Assembly: GCA_951406725.2 (NCBI GenBank)
Contig: OX597833.1
Location: 42,408,001 to 42,472,000, forward strand
Reading direction: 5' to 3'
From: Octopus vulgaris
Taxonomy: Eukaryota
DNA: 64,000 nucleotides
Within the stretch, counting starts at the first letter, position 1; each line of letters starts with the position of its first letter. The translations under genes and the position numbers were made by a program. This document shows, piece after piece, positions 44,829 to 57,000 of the stretch. Under the pieces are notes generated by a model. It was not told the origin of the DNA. It saw only the letters and a program-made list of their open reading frames with translations, and did not search any database.

Positions 44829-45281
44829 ATGATGATACATAAACCGCAAACGCTTCTGTCGGCTTACGCCGCCGCCGGAAATGTCAACGTGGTTACAGCC
44901 ACCCCATCCAGTACAAGAGGAACTACAGGATCAGAGCAACGATTTGTGCTCTCGATCGATAGAGCTAGGTTGTCTCTGGACGAAAACGGACGAAGACCTC
45001 GAAGCCGGGACCATAGCCGAACCCAAATTGTTTTCCAAAAGCGTTTCAACCTCAAGGCTCATGCCCTAGCTCGGTGCTTGCTGTCCGCTCGTCGGGTCCG
45101 CACGACGAGCAGCGGTGTCACCAACGGAACTGCCATTCTGGGACGGCTCGCCGTCCCGCCTGACTTGTTCGAAGAGCTCGAAACGAAAAGGATCGCTTAC
45201 ATACGACTCGATTTGACGCTCGGATTGACATACTTAGAAACGCAGCTACTACACTGCGATCTATTAAGTCTCTCCGCGTGA
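44829..45281 (+). CDS. Candidate intronless 150-aa protein of unknown function
   Basis: Open frame of 171 codons (from 44766) across the main CpG-rich unique island; ATG follows a GA-rich leader; non-repetitive composition; family not recognised. Confidence 0.55.
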   Translation: MMIHKPQTLLSAYAAAGNVNVVTATPSSTRGTTGSEQRFVLSIDRARLSLDENGRRPRSRDHSRTQIVFQKRFNLKAHALARCLLSARRVRTTSSGVTNGTAILGRLAVPPDLFEELETKRIAYIRLDLTLGLTYLETQLLHCDLLSLSA

Positions 45282-45550
45282 ACGAGATAATCCGTCCTTT
45301 CGAGGCGACGACTGCAGCAGTAACAGAAGAACCTGTGTGTGGTGCTGACTGCAATAACCACGCTGGCGGTGGCTGCCAAAGGGATAGTTTTGTGGAAAAC
45401 GGAACGGATGGGCGAGGCGGTTAGTTTATGTATTTGTTTTGCAAGATTCTTGTTGTGAAATCGTGTGTTGAAATAGGTTTTGCTATATTTCGGGACGGTC
45501 ATTTGCCTAATAAGTACAAGCACTATATTCTCGTTCTTCATTTCAACTTA

Positions 45551-46049
<499 letters not shown>

Positions 46050-46053
46050 GTTA

Positions 46054-46127
<74 letters not shown>

Positions 46128-46133
<6 letters not shown>

Positions 46134-47120
46134 TAGTTTTATTTTTATAGCGTGCTTTCACTTCACTACCGAGCGTAGCTCTGTGTGCCTTGGGTATGTG
46201 CTGTGATTTGTTGTGATGCTCTGATGGTTATTGTATGGAAAGTGTTCTGCGTAGGATGTGTGCAGTGCCTAGTAGTGCAATTTTCTGTATGTTATATGTG
46301 TTTGTAAGTCCTGGTGTTTTTGTTATGTATTTGTCTGAATATTTTTTTATCATGCCTAATGCACCTACTATGATAGGAATTGTTTCTGTTTTCAGATTCC
46401 ACATTCTAGTTACCTCTATTTCCAGGTCTTTGTATTTTGAGAGTTTCTCCATTTCTTTTAGAGACACGTTGTCATCAGCCGGTATTGATACATCAATTAG
46501 AAAGCATTTTTTTTTTCTTTTTTTCTCTTTTTTTTCTTCTTTTTCTTTTTTCTTTTTTTTCTTCTTCATGATCTCTGACAACTATATCTGGTCTGTTGGC
46601 CTTAATTTCTCTATCTGTGTGTATCGGCATATCCCAGAGTATGGTTGCTTTCTCGTTTTCTGTGACCTTTTCTGGTGTGTGCCTATACCATCTTTTTCCT
46701 GTTGTTATTCCATAATGTTGGCATAGCTTCCAATGTATGTAGGTTCCAACTCTGTCATGACTGTGAATATATTCCTTCTTGGCCAGGACTGGGCAGCTAG
46801 AGATAATATGATTTATTGTTTCTTGTCCATCTCCACATATTCTGCAGTTACTTGTTATATTTCTTTTCATTACATGTTTTTGGTAATTTCTGGTGGGGAG
46901 GCTTTGGTCTTGTGCTGCAATTAAAAATCCCTCTGTTTCTGCTTTGAGTCCTGAGCTTCTCAACCATTGCTGGGATTTTTCTTTGTCTATTTCTTTTGCG
47001 TTTAGTTTAGTCCAGTATTTACCATGAAGGGGCTTTTCTTGCCATCGTTTTATCATGGTTCGTTGCTGTTCTATTTTTAGTTTGGATTTCATTTGTTTTA
47101 TAGCTTTTGTTGTTTCTTCA
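46128..47120 (-). mobile_element. R4/Dong-type LINE, 5'-truncated young copy (CCHC knuckle and PD-(D/E)xK endonuclease)
   Basis: PLHG, ETEGFLIAAQDQ, CRICG..ETINHI..C, RPDIVV, IDVSIP..E.EKLSKY, IQKIALLGTAHILRR; 3' end in a long (TAA)n. Confidence 0.95.
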
Positions 47121-47231
47121 TCTTCTTCTTCTTCTTCTTCTTCTTCTTCTTCTTCTTCTTCTTCTTCTTCTTCTTCTTCTTCTTCTTCTTCTTCTTCTTC
47201 TTCTTCTTCTTCTTCTTCTTCTTCTTCTTCT
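47121..47231. repeat. (TTC)n microsatellite
   Basis: Read directly. Confidence 0.95.
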
Positions 47232-47671
47232 TTATTAGGTGGTATGATTTGAACTGAGAGAGCAGAAGACGAAAGAATACCGCAAAGCATTTTTGTCCGC
47301 CGTTCTAACTCCTCTGCCAATCTACGTCCTATACGTGACACCTAACAACAGTAACAGCAACACCAAAAACTGAATAGGTTATTGTTATTTAGACTCGGAT
47401 CATGAGTCCTACTTACACGCAAACATTATTAAAAAATCACAACTTCTTTCCCAGGGCTGTGTACCTCCAAGACATTACCCAACGTGTCGTTCTCATTTTA
47501 ACAGTGGGATATGATTTGAGAGATATTTGGTTACTATTTTATGCAGGCCGAATAACCGCACATAGTCCTGGCTCGGCTGATATTTCTAATAGGTCGAGTT
47601 ACTGCATGCAGACTCTTTCGTTGGTTCGACAGTCATTTCTAGCAGGTTCCATGGCTGCGTAGCTGCATAGT

Positions 47672-47890
47672 GCTCCTTTTACTGGATCGGTTGCAATGAG
47701 CTCCCTTTATAAGCTCGGCTGCAATCAGCTCCCTTCATTAGCTCGTTTGCAATGAGTTCCCTTCATTGGCTCGGCTGCAATGAGCTCCCTTCACTAGCTC
47801 GGCTGCAACCAGCTCCCTTCATTAGCTTGGTTGCAATGAGCTCCCTTCATTGGCTCGGCTGCAATGGGCTTCCTTCACTGGCTCGGCTGC
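47672..47890. repeat. 28-bp minisatellite, ~8 copies
   Basis: Consensus gctcccttcattggctcggctgcaatga. Confidence 0.9.
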
Positions 47891-48470
47891 TCTTTCAAGC
47901 AGGACGAAAACAAATAAAGACACATTTGTTGGCTTGCCCTACCTACATAGAGTGCATTTGATGTATCGCGACACGAATTTAGGTTAGTTATTCGGCAGCA
48001 TTTTAAGAGCAGACAGTTTTAATAAACTACCTGACAGCTTCACTGTTATTATGACATATGGTCACAGTTAAAATGACTTTGTTGATCGCTGTATTTGATC
48101 AGAGGCTGACTCAGGTTTTAACGAAATAATTGTTTAGTGTTATAAATACTGTGACTCCCCCTCCCAATTTGTGTGTCATTTGTATGGCTTTAATAATTAT
48201 TGTTGAATAAGGATTTTAAAAGTGCCAGCTGTGTGTACGTATGTGTATATCTATCTTGTCTTCCGTACTTGTTAACATATTGCAAACAAGGGTAGTTATT
48301 CACTTGAATACCGAAGAAAATTACTGGGTATGTATGGCCCGGTAACGAAAATTGGCTAGGGGGTGCAAAACCATGTAGAAAACTTTTTACGAACAAGGTG
48401 GATTTTTCTAGTCTTGGTAGCAAAACAAACACACACACACACATACAAAACGAAAAAGCAGGACAGTATC

Positions 48471-48887
48471 TATTTCTTTACTCCCCACGAGGGGCTAAAC
48501 ATAGAGAGGATAAACAAGGACAGACAAAGGGATTAAGTCGATTACATCGACCCAGTGCGAAACTGGTACTTTATTTATCGACCCCGAAAGGATGAAAGGC
48601 AAAGTCGACCTCGGCGGAATTTGAACTCAGAACGTAACGAGAGACGAAATACCTATTTCTTTACTACCCCACAAGGGGCTAAACACAGAGAGGACAAATA
48701 AGGACAGACAAACGGATGACGTCTGTTATATCGACCCCAGTGCGTAACTGGTACTTATTTTATCGACCCCGAAAGGATGAAAGGCAAAGTCGACCTCCGC
48801 GGAATTTGAACTCAGAACGTAGCGGCAGACGAAATACTGCTAAGCATTTCGCCCGGCATGCTAACGTCTCTGCCAGCTCACCGCCTT
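48471..48887 (-). mobile_element. SINE family A dimer
   Basis: TSD cgaaaaagcaggaca(g/a)tatc. Confidence 0.92.
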
Positions 48888-49611
48888 CACGAAAAAGCAG
48901 GACAATATCGGAAACATAAACATGACACAAGTGATATTTTATATATACGCAAGAATCCTTTCGATAATACAACAGAATTAGTACAAGATAAAAACCGAAA
49001 GTCGTCAATATTTAAGGCCTATACAGCGGCTTTAAGATATGATTAGTAGTAACGCTAAAAGGGAGCTATATCCTAAAGAACTCAGGAGAAAGATAAAAAG
49101 ATGGATACAATAGAATAAAGACAGAAGGAAAGAAAAGATAGAATGAAAAGTGCAAAGGTAAATCGAGGGTCTGAAGTGAATGCTAAGCTGGGGCTGGAAA
49201 AAATAAACCTTTTACTGAGGCAATGGTCAAGCAGAAAAGAGGATGGATGATAAAAATATTGAATGGTCTTGTGGCACCAAAAAACGAAGGGAAAGAGACC
49301 CACAGACTGAGGAGAGCAGGTAAGAAGAGACAAGGAGATATAGACAGGAGGTAGTTGACAGCGATAGATAGAGGAAGAAATGAAGGGTGGTTAAGAGAGA
49401 AAGGAAGCAGATATGTAGAGAGAAAGGCAGATACGGAAGGTTTTGCAAACAAGAGATGAGAGAAGACGAGAGAGAAGGATAGAAAATAGAGACAATGTCG
49501 AGCAAGTGTTGACCGGTGTATGGGGTGCCTCTGAGTATGAACTGAAGTAGGTGCGTAGCGTTACATTAACTCATAAGAAGTTTGGAAGCATATATACAAT
49601 GTTATATATAA

Positions 49612-49754
49612 GTTAAGAATCTTGCTTGCCAACAACATGGTTTCGAGTTTAGTCCCACTGTGTGGCACCTTAGGCAAGTGTCTTTTACTATAGCCTCAGG
49701 CCGACAAAAGGCTTGTGAATGAATTTGGTAGACGGAAACTGAAAGAAGTTCGTC

Positions 49755-49756
<2 letters not shown>
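49612..49756 (+). mobile_element. SINE family B head
   Basis: ggcaccttaggcaagtgtctt..tttggtagacggaaactgaaagaag. Confidence 0.8.
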
Positions 49757-49824
<68 letters not shown>

Positions 49825-49967
49825 ATAAAAACGGTAAGACAACAAAAGAAAGAAAGAGACCTCGATATTATGTAAATAGAGGAATTTATCTGTAATTGTA
49901 ATATGTGACAATTATTCGGTAGCCATGATAAAACTCCGAGTTTTTCATAGCATTTTTCCGATGGCCG

Positions 49968-50028
49968 GATAACTGAAGAGATGGCAGCGTGGGTTTCCAC
50001 CTCGGCATCCGAAACTCGGAGTTTTATC
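49968..50028 (+). ncRNA. Type I hammerhead ribozyme in an inverted PLE-like element (49821-50061)
   Basis: GAUAA CUGAAGA GAUG...CAUC C GAAA CUCGGAG UU^ UUAUC; canonical core and 5-bp stem I. Confidence 0.8.
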
Positions 50029-50060
50029 ATCGCTACCGAATAATTGTCACATATTACAAT

Positions 50061-50094
<34 letters not shown>

Positions 50095-51778
50095 CAGGGT
50101 GCGCAAGGTATTTGAGGATAGTTATAAATTTAGAAACGGACAATAATGTTTTTTTTTTTACTGAAAAAGGTTTTGAGGATAAGAACAAACATTGTTTCGT
50201 CAATTTATTCAATAAAGTCTCCTTCAGCTTCAATAACGGCTTCCATGCGAGGTCAGGTCTGAATAGCCTACATGCTAGGATCAAGTGGTCTGTGCTCACA
50301 TTGGACATTATTCTGACTATGGAGGCTTTAGGGATTCTTTGGTGTTATTAGGGTGCTCATTAACCTCTTTCTCAACTATGCTCCATATACAGTAGTCCGA
50401 TAGATTGAAATCTGGGGAGCTATGAGGCCAAATGTTGGAGGTTATGTGGTCATGAATATTTTCCGCCATCCATTCCTGCGTTGCTGTAGACTTGTGTGGT
50501 GGTGCCGAGTCTTGTTGAAACACGTAAGGTCTTCCGTTGCGTACATTATCGATCCATGACTTAACCGCTGTATTCAGAACATCTATGTAGGCAGCAGAGT
50601 TCACTCGAAGACCTTGTGGAAAGAAGTGAGGCATCACATGTCCTTCATTGGTGACGACTCCCAAAACCATGACAGTTGCGGGAAATTTTGTATGCATCAC
50701 TCTTAGAACCTCAGAAGGGTCTGTACATAGCCATCTGTCATTTCTTCAGTTTACTTTCTAATCTTGATCAAAGTTTTTCTTTGAGAAGAACCAAATAACA
50801 TCTTTCTCCTGCTAAATTTTAAAGTTTGTTCAGGAATCTTTTAGATCTGATTAAGCGATTTTACTTCACTGTTTCTGATATGAAAAAACCTTTTCTCATC
50901 GCATAAGATTTGTATCTGATATCTTCGTGGACAACATTTCGTATTGTTCCCTCTGACACTTGGTGTTCTTTTGCAATCAACCTCATGGATCTTCTGGGAT
51001 TATCATCAATGGTCTGCTTCACTTGTTGAATAAATTCTGGTGTTCTAATAGTATCAGTGCGTCTACAAAGTTTCTTACGTTTTGATACTGGCGATACATT
51101 TCCGTCTTTAGCCTCTACCTCCTTGCGAATTTTGTAGACGAAGGGTCTAGCGACTTTTAAAAATCGTGCTATTTCTAAATTGCTATGTTCAGCCTTTATA
51201 GCCACGATGACTGAGTGCCTCTTCATTTCTTGTGTGATCATAGGGTCTGCCATTGATAATTATGAAATATAGAAAATATTACGTCGATACGTTTATATAT
51301 TTGTTGTGCAAGATTTTTTATGTGAAGTCGTGTGTTGAAACAGACATTGTTGTATTTCGGAATGGTCATTTTGCCAGTTTAGCCAATAAAAACTCACTGG
51401 TGCCAAGCTGTATCGGCCTTTGCCTTTCCCTTGGATAACATCAGTGGTGTGGAGAGGGGAGGCTGGTATGCGTGGGCGACTGCTGGTCTTCCATAAGCAA
51501 ACATGCCCAGACTTGTGCCTCGGAGGGTAACTTTCTAGGTTGCTATACCATGGTCATCCATGACCGAAGGCTGTCACATGACGAAAGAACTCTGGCCGAA
51601 ATAAGATTAAGATCAATGTAAAAAATAAATAACACTGAAACAAAATAACACCAAATATATAGTGCGTGTGTTTTTATTGGCTAAACTGGCAAAATGACCA
51701 TTCCGAAATACAACAATGTTGATAAATATACTGCAACAGTAAAATTAACATATATCCTCAAATACCTTACGCACCTTG
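50095..51778 (-). mobile_element. Tc1/mariner DD37D (maT) transposon, near full length, disrupted transposase
   Basis: TIRs cagggtgcgcaaggtatttgaggata / tatcctcaaataccttacgcaccttg with TA TSD; ORF pieces 51253-50200; 37 residues between FQQD and NLSD. Confidence 0.93.
51344..51719. mobile_element. Perfect ~50 bp inverted repeat enclosing a SINE tail, nested in the maT 5' region
   Basis: acattgttgtatttcggaatggtcattttgccagtttagccaataaaaac and its reverse complement; 51396-51577 matches 52659-52839. Confidence 0.75.
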
Positions 51779-51793
51779 TATATTTATATACAC

Positions 51794-51842
<49 letters not shown>

Positions 51843-51844
51843 TA

Positions 51845-52050
51845 TGCCTGTCCTCTCAACCATCGTTTGACAACAGATATTGGTGCGTTTACGTCCCCGT
51901 AATCTAGCGGTTCGGCAAAAGAGACCGATAGAATAATTACTAGATTTACGAAGAATAAGTCCTGGGGTCGATTTGTTCGACTAAAACCCTTTAAGGCAGT
52001 GCTCCAGCATGGCTGCAAACCAAATGACTGAAACAAGTAAAAGTAAGAAG
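51845..52050 (+). mobile_element. SINE family B tail
   Basis: gtttacgtccccgtaa...gactgaaacaagtaaaag. Confidence 0.85.
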
Positions 52051-52170
52051 TAACAAAAATACAAAAATAATAATACATTTTAAAATTCTTATTTATGTAG
52101 TCTTCTTTTTCGAATATTCATTACGCGTCACTGTAATTTGTCTAAGAAAAATGTATATTTTAATAATTGT

Positions 52171-52839
52171 GGAGGCGCAATGACCAAGTGGTTAGGGTAG
52201 CGGACCCGAGGTCGTAGGATCGCGGTTTCGATTCCCAGACCGGGCATTGTGAGTGTTTATTGAGCGAAAACACCTAAAGCTCCACGAGGCTCCGGCAGGG
52301 AGTGGTGACGATTCCTGCTGTACTCTTTCGCCACAACTTTCTCTCACATTTTCTTCTGTTGGCTTGCTCGGTTAGCCAGCGGGGTGGCGTCATTTGAAGG
52401 CTAAAACAATGCTAAGCGCATTGCGGCCATCGATGTGTAGCAACATCTAATAGGCTGGTCGGTCACGGTGAACACTGCTGTACTCTTTCACCACAGCTTT
52501 CCCTCACTCTTTCTTCCTGTTTCTGTTGTACCTGTATTTCAAAGGGCCAGCCTTGTCACACTCTGTGTCACGCTGAATCTCCCCAAGAACTACGCTAAGG
52601 GTACACGAGTCTGTGGAATGCTCAGCCACTTGCACGTTAATAAATGAGCTGCGACGTAACTGGTGCCAAGCTGTATCGGCCTTTGCCTTTCCCTTGGATA
52701 ACATCAGTGGCGTGGAGAGGGGAGGCTGGTATGCGTGGGCGACTGCTGGTCTTCCATAAGCAAACATGCCCAGACTTGTGCGTCGGAGGGTAATTTTCTA
52801 GGTGCAATACCATGGTCATCCATGACCCAAGGGGTCACA
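52171..52839 (+). mobile_element. Mosaic tRNA-SINE (new head, family C middle, third tail)
   Basis: A/B boxes in ggcgcaatgaccaagtgg..gtttcgattccc; 52525-52641 matches 16034-16150. Confidence 0.8.
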
Positions 52840-52840
52840 A

Positions 52841-53236
52841 TACTCTTTTACTCTTTTACTTGTTTCAGTCATTTGACTGCGGCCATGCTGGAGTACCACC
52901 TTTAGTTGAGCAAATCGACCCAGGGACTTATTCTTTGTAAGCCCAGTACTTATTCTATCGGTCTCTTTTGCCGAACCACACCAGCATCGGTTGTCAAGCA
53001 ATGCTAGGGGGAAAAACACAGACACACAAACATATACACACACATAAATATATATATATATATACATATATACGACAGGCTTCTTTCAGTTTCCATCTAC
53101 CAAATCCACTCACAAGGCATTGGTCGGCCCGAGGCTATAGCAGAAGACACTTGCCCAAGATGCCACGCAGTGGGACTGAACCCGGAACATTGTGGTTGGT
53201 AAGCAAGCTACTTACTACACAGCCACTCCTGCGCCT
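52841..53236 (-). mobile_element. SINE family B, full length
   Basis: Matches 20408-20811. Confidence 0.92.
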
Positions 53237-53458
53237 ATAAAATTTGTGCCAACCACCGGATGCCGAAACCCGGCATTATTTTAATAATTATATTAATGCA
53301 AAATATATAACATATATGAATAGAATCGGTGAATTCTGTTATTTTATGAATGTATTATTGAGTATAATAAATACCATAATAGGATAGTGAACTAGTACAT
53401 GGGCCGTTGTTTTATGAACAAGAGAAACAACACTCTGACTCGTCGAAATATAATTATA

Positions 53459-53647
53459 CGAAGGGGTGCTGAAAAGTTCCTGGCTATAAGGGTATTGCGA
53501 AAGGCCTGACTGGAGGCCCCACTTTCCGAGTTTTTTTTATAGGGCTTAGAAAAACTGAAGGACTGTTGCAATAAGTGTGTGAATTTGAGAGGGGAATATG
53601 TTGCATAAAATCATAATTAACTGATCCTCCTTTTCAGGACCTCCTTG
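53459..53647 (+). mobile_element. Mariner-derived MITE
   Basis: TA-flanked; TIR gaaggggtgctgaaaagttcctgg; retains GLEKL...KCVNLRGEYV; second copy at 58572-58784. Confidence 0.85.
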
Positions 53648-53744
53648 TATAATTATATTTCGATGAGATAGAACGTTATTTCTCTTGTTGATAAAACAAC
53701 GGCCCATGTACTAGTTCACTATTCTATTACGGTATTTATTATAC

Positions 53745-54160
53745 ATTTCTTTACTGCTCACAAGAGACTAATCACAGAGGGGACAAACAAGGACAGACAA
53801 AGGGATTAAGTCAATCATATCGACCCCAGTGCGTAACTGGTACTTATTTAATCGACCCCGAAAGGATGAAAGGCAAAGTCGACCTCGGCGGAATTTGAAC
53901 TCAGAACGTAGCGGCAGACGAAATACCTATTTCTTTATTACCCACAAGGGGCTAAACACAGAGGGGACAAACAAGGACAGACATAGGTATTAAGTCTATT
54001 ACATCGACCCCAGTGCGTAACTGGTGCTTAATTTATCGACCCCGAAAGGATGAAAGGCAAAGCCGACCTCGGCGGAATTTGAACTCAGAACGTAGCGGCA
54101 GACGAAATACCGCTAAGCATTTCGCCCGGCGTGCTAACGTTTCTGCCAGCTCGCCGCCTT
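53745..54160 (-). mobile_element. SINE family A dimer
   Basis: TSD tatttattatac. Confidence 0.92.
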
Positions 54161-54479
54161 AACAATATTTATTATACTCAATAATACATTCATAAAATAA
54201 CGCAACCTGCTATTTCTATTCATACGTGTCACATATTTTGTATTAAAATAATTATCAAAATGTATACAAAATCCACTGAACTGTAAAGCCGTTTTTAGTG
54301 ACACTTTTATTTGATAAATTACAGTTATGCATAGTGAATACGTTCACAAATTAACTGCTACGTATAATAAAGAGTTGTAGATTTTGCAATTCGGTAGTTT
54401 TGTTTTAATTAGTGACGGGCTACTTAATAAATTGTATGCATGAAAGACTGTCATTAGCACTGTGTACATGCATCTGCCT

Positions 54480-54560
54480 TCCTGTCTGCCTACCTGCCTG
54501 TCTGCCTCCCTCCCTCCCTTCCTTCCTCCCTCCCTCCCTCCCTCCCTGTCTGTCTGTCTG

Positions 54561-54635
<75 letters not shown>

Positions 54636-54728
54636 CCTACCTACCTACTCACCTACATACCTACCTACATACCTACCTACCTACCTACTCACCTACCTAC
54701 CTACCTACATACCTACCTACCTACCTAC

Positions 54729-54771
<43 letters not shown>

Positions 54772-54780
54772 CCTACCTAC

Positions 54781-54820
<40 letters not shown>

Positions 54821-54840
54821 AGCTAACTATCTGTCTGTCT
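54480..54840. repeat. Compound tetranucleotide microsatellite (CCTC/TATC/TACC)
   Basis: Read directly. Confidence 0.95.
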
Positions 54841-54991
54841 GCTTGTCTGTTCGACTCTATGTCTGTATGAATGCATGCATGTGCACACACATACGCGCAC
54901 ACATACACATGGATATATATCAACATATACGTATGTGTATTTACACACACACACGCGCGCGCGCGCATGCGCACGCTCACATATATATTAT

Positions 54992-55222
54992 GGCGGCGAG
55001 CTGGCAGAAACGTTAGCACGCCGGGCGAAATGCGTAGCCGTATTTCGTCTGTCGTTACGTTGTGAGTTCAAATTCCACCGAGGTCGACTTTGCCTTTCAT
55101 CCTTTCGGGGTCGATAAATTAAGTACCAGTTACGCACTGGGGTTGATGTAATCGACTTAATCCCTTTGTCTGTCCTTGTTTGTCCCCTGTGTGTTTAGCC
55201 CCTTGTGGGCAGTAAAGAAATA
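54992..55222 (+). mobile_element. SINE family A monomer
   Basis: Complete from head to tail. Confidence 0.92.
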
Positions 55223-55639
55223 TATATATTTTGTCGGTAGTGAGGGTAAAACTCAGTTGGTTCCTCTTGAAACATATCTGTTTATTCCACTATTACAGAC
55301 CAATACATGATCACAGATGATGCTGTATGTTAGTAAAAACGCATATTTAAAAAAACATGAAAAATCCCCGTAAAAACGGTAAATACTCAATTTATGTTGG
55401 CGTGCTATTCTGAAAGTCTGCCAAGATATTCTGTTGTGAAAATTGTCCGGCAACGACGGGATATTCAGTATTTGTGTGTGTGTGTGTGTGTGTGATTGAA
55501 ACAAGTAAAAGAAATATATATATATACATATATATACACATATATATGTATATATATGTGTGTGTGTGTATGTGTATATGTGTGTGTATGTATATATATA
55601 TACATGTGACCTCGTATGTATATATATATATATACTATA

Positions 55640-55701
<62 letters not shown>

Positions 55702-55771
55702 GTGACCTCGTCTGTATCACTAGCGATTTTTTTTTCCTGTCTTCCCTTCTCGGGATCTTTCCTTCTCCTAT

Positions 55772-55806
55772 GTTTCCGACGAAGAGCTCCGCTCGAAACG
55801 TCAAAC
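55772..55806 (+). ncRNA. Minimal type I hammerhead ribozyme, U4C variant, in a TA-flanked element (55700-55908)
   Basis: GUUU CCGACGA A GAGC UCC GCUC GAAA CG UC^ AAAC. Confidence 0.78.
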
Positions 55807-56034
55807 CCTCCTTCTTCCCTTCTTTCCTGAGCGTCCAATAATACTTTATTTGTTCCACGTCCTTGCGTTGTTGTTTTTTTGCTTTTGTTTTCTTGTTTGG
55901 ATTAACTTTATATATATGTATATATATATATATATATATAATAAAATTAATGTTAGGGAGTATAACTTCAAACTTACAGGGAAAAATTCAATTTAGCATT
56001 AATTAAATCAAATTTCACAATATAAATATATAAT

Positions 56035-56375
56035 ATATATAAATTAGAGAAAAACCACTATTATGCAATTCAAACAATGATAGACATAAACCAAATCATA
56101 AATAAAAAAATAAAATATATTTTAAAACATATAACTTGATCACAAAAAGTACAAAAATGAATAAACAATATATAATAAGTAATATATAATATATAATATA
56201 CTTATTATATATTATAATATACTTATTATATATTATTATATATACTTATTATATATTGTTTATTCATTTTTGTACTTTTTATGATCTAGTTATATATTTT
56301 ATTTTTTATTTACTATTTGATTTATGTCTATCATTGCTTGAATTGCATAATTGTGCTTTTTCTCTAATATATATA
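56035..56375. repeat. AT-rich inverted repeat (~140 bp arms) between (TA)n tracts
   Basis: attagagaaaaa..ttatgcaattcaa..aaaagtacaaaaatgaataaacaatatataataagta is mirrored at 56243-56368. Confidence 0.85.
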
Positions 56376-56475
56376 TATATATATAAACTTACTTGGAAAT
56401 GGATACATAGCGTTCAATCATATAGTAATATAAATAAAATATATACATACAGACATACGTACGTACATGCATACA

Positions 56476-56511
<36 letters not shown>

Positions 56512-57000
56512 TATTCGTTATAGGTAGGTTTTGGGCAACTCACTGTGACAAAACCAAATATATTCACAATTTATGTACAACTTCTATAACAGTGTCGCTA
56601 TTTTGTAATTCAGATTTTTTTTTTCTAAATTAGTGACGAGTTACTTGCTAAATACTATGGGTTATACACCGCAATTATATTAACCATACATACATACTGT
56701 CTCCCTCTCACACACACATTCACATAATTAAAAGAAAACGGGATTTAAAAATCCAGATATCAATAAAAAAAAACTCAGTATTAAAAGAATTTGGTTATAA
56801 ACGTTCAATAACCAGATACCAGTAAATATAAGGAGAATACACATCGCAGGTAAATCCTCATGTATGACAGGTAAATCCAACAACCCTTTTGCAGAATTTC
56901 GAGAAATTCAGATCATTTAACAACAAAAAAATATATGCAGAGAAAATTATATCTTTATTATAGATACCACCTTATAAAGCCGAGAATTATTTCTATTGTA

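Larger units (their letters stand above)
53278..54261. repeat. Foldback palindrome (~180 bp arms) with two nested insertions
   Basis: 53278-53456 is the reverse complement of 53650-53744 joined to 54177-54261. Confidence 0.85.

Noticed and set aside
46493-47341. 282-aa ORF with poly-Glu
   Set aside because: Chimera of a SINE-like flank, (GAA)n and a truncated Dong ORF; not a host gene
47672-47890. CRISPR-like 28 bp periodicity
   Set aside because: Units are contiguous with no unique spacers; eukaryotic context
49080-49500. Hydrophobic ORFs on the minus strand
   Set aside because: Low-complexity purine-rich tract
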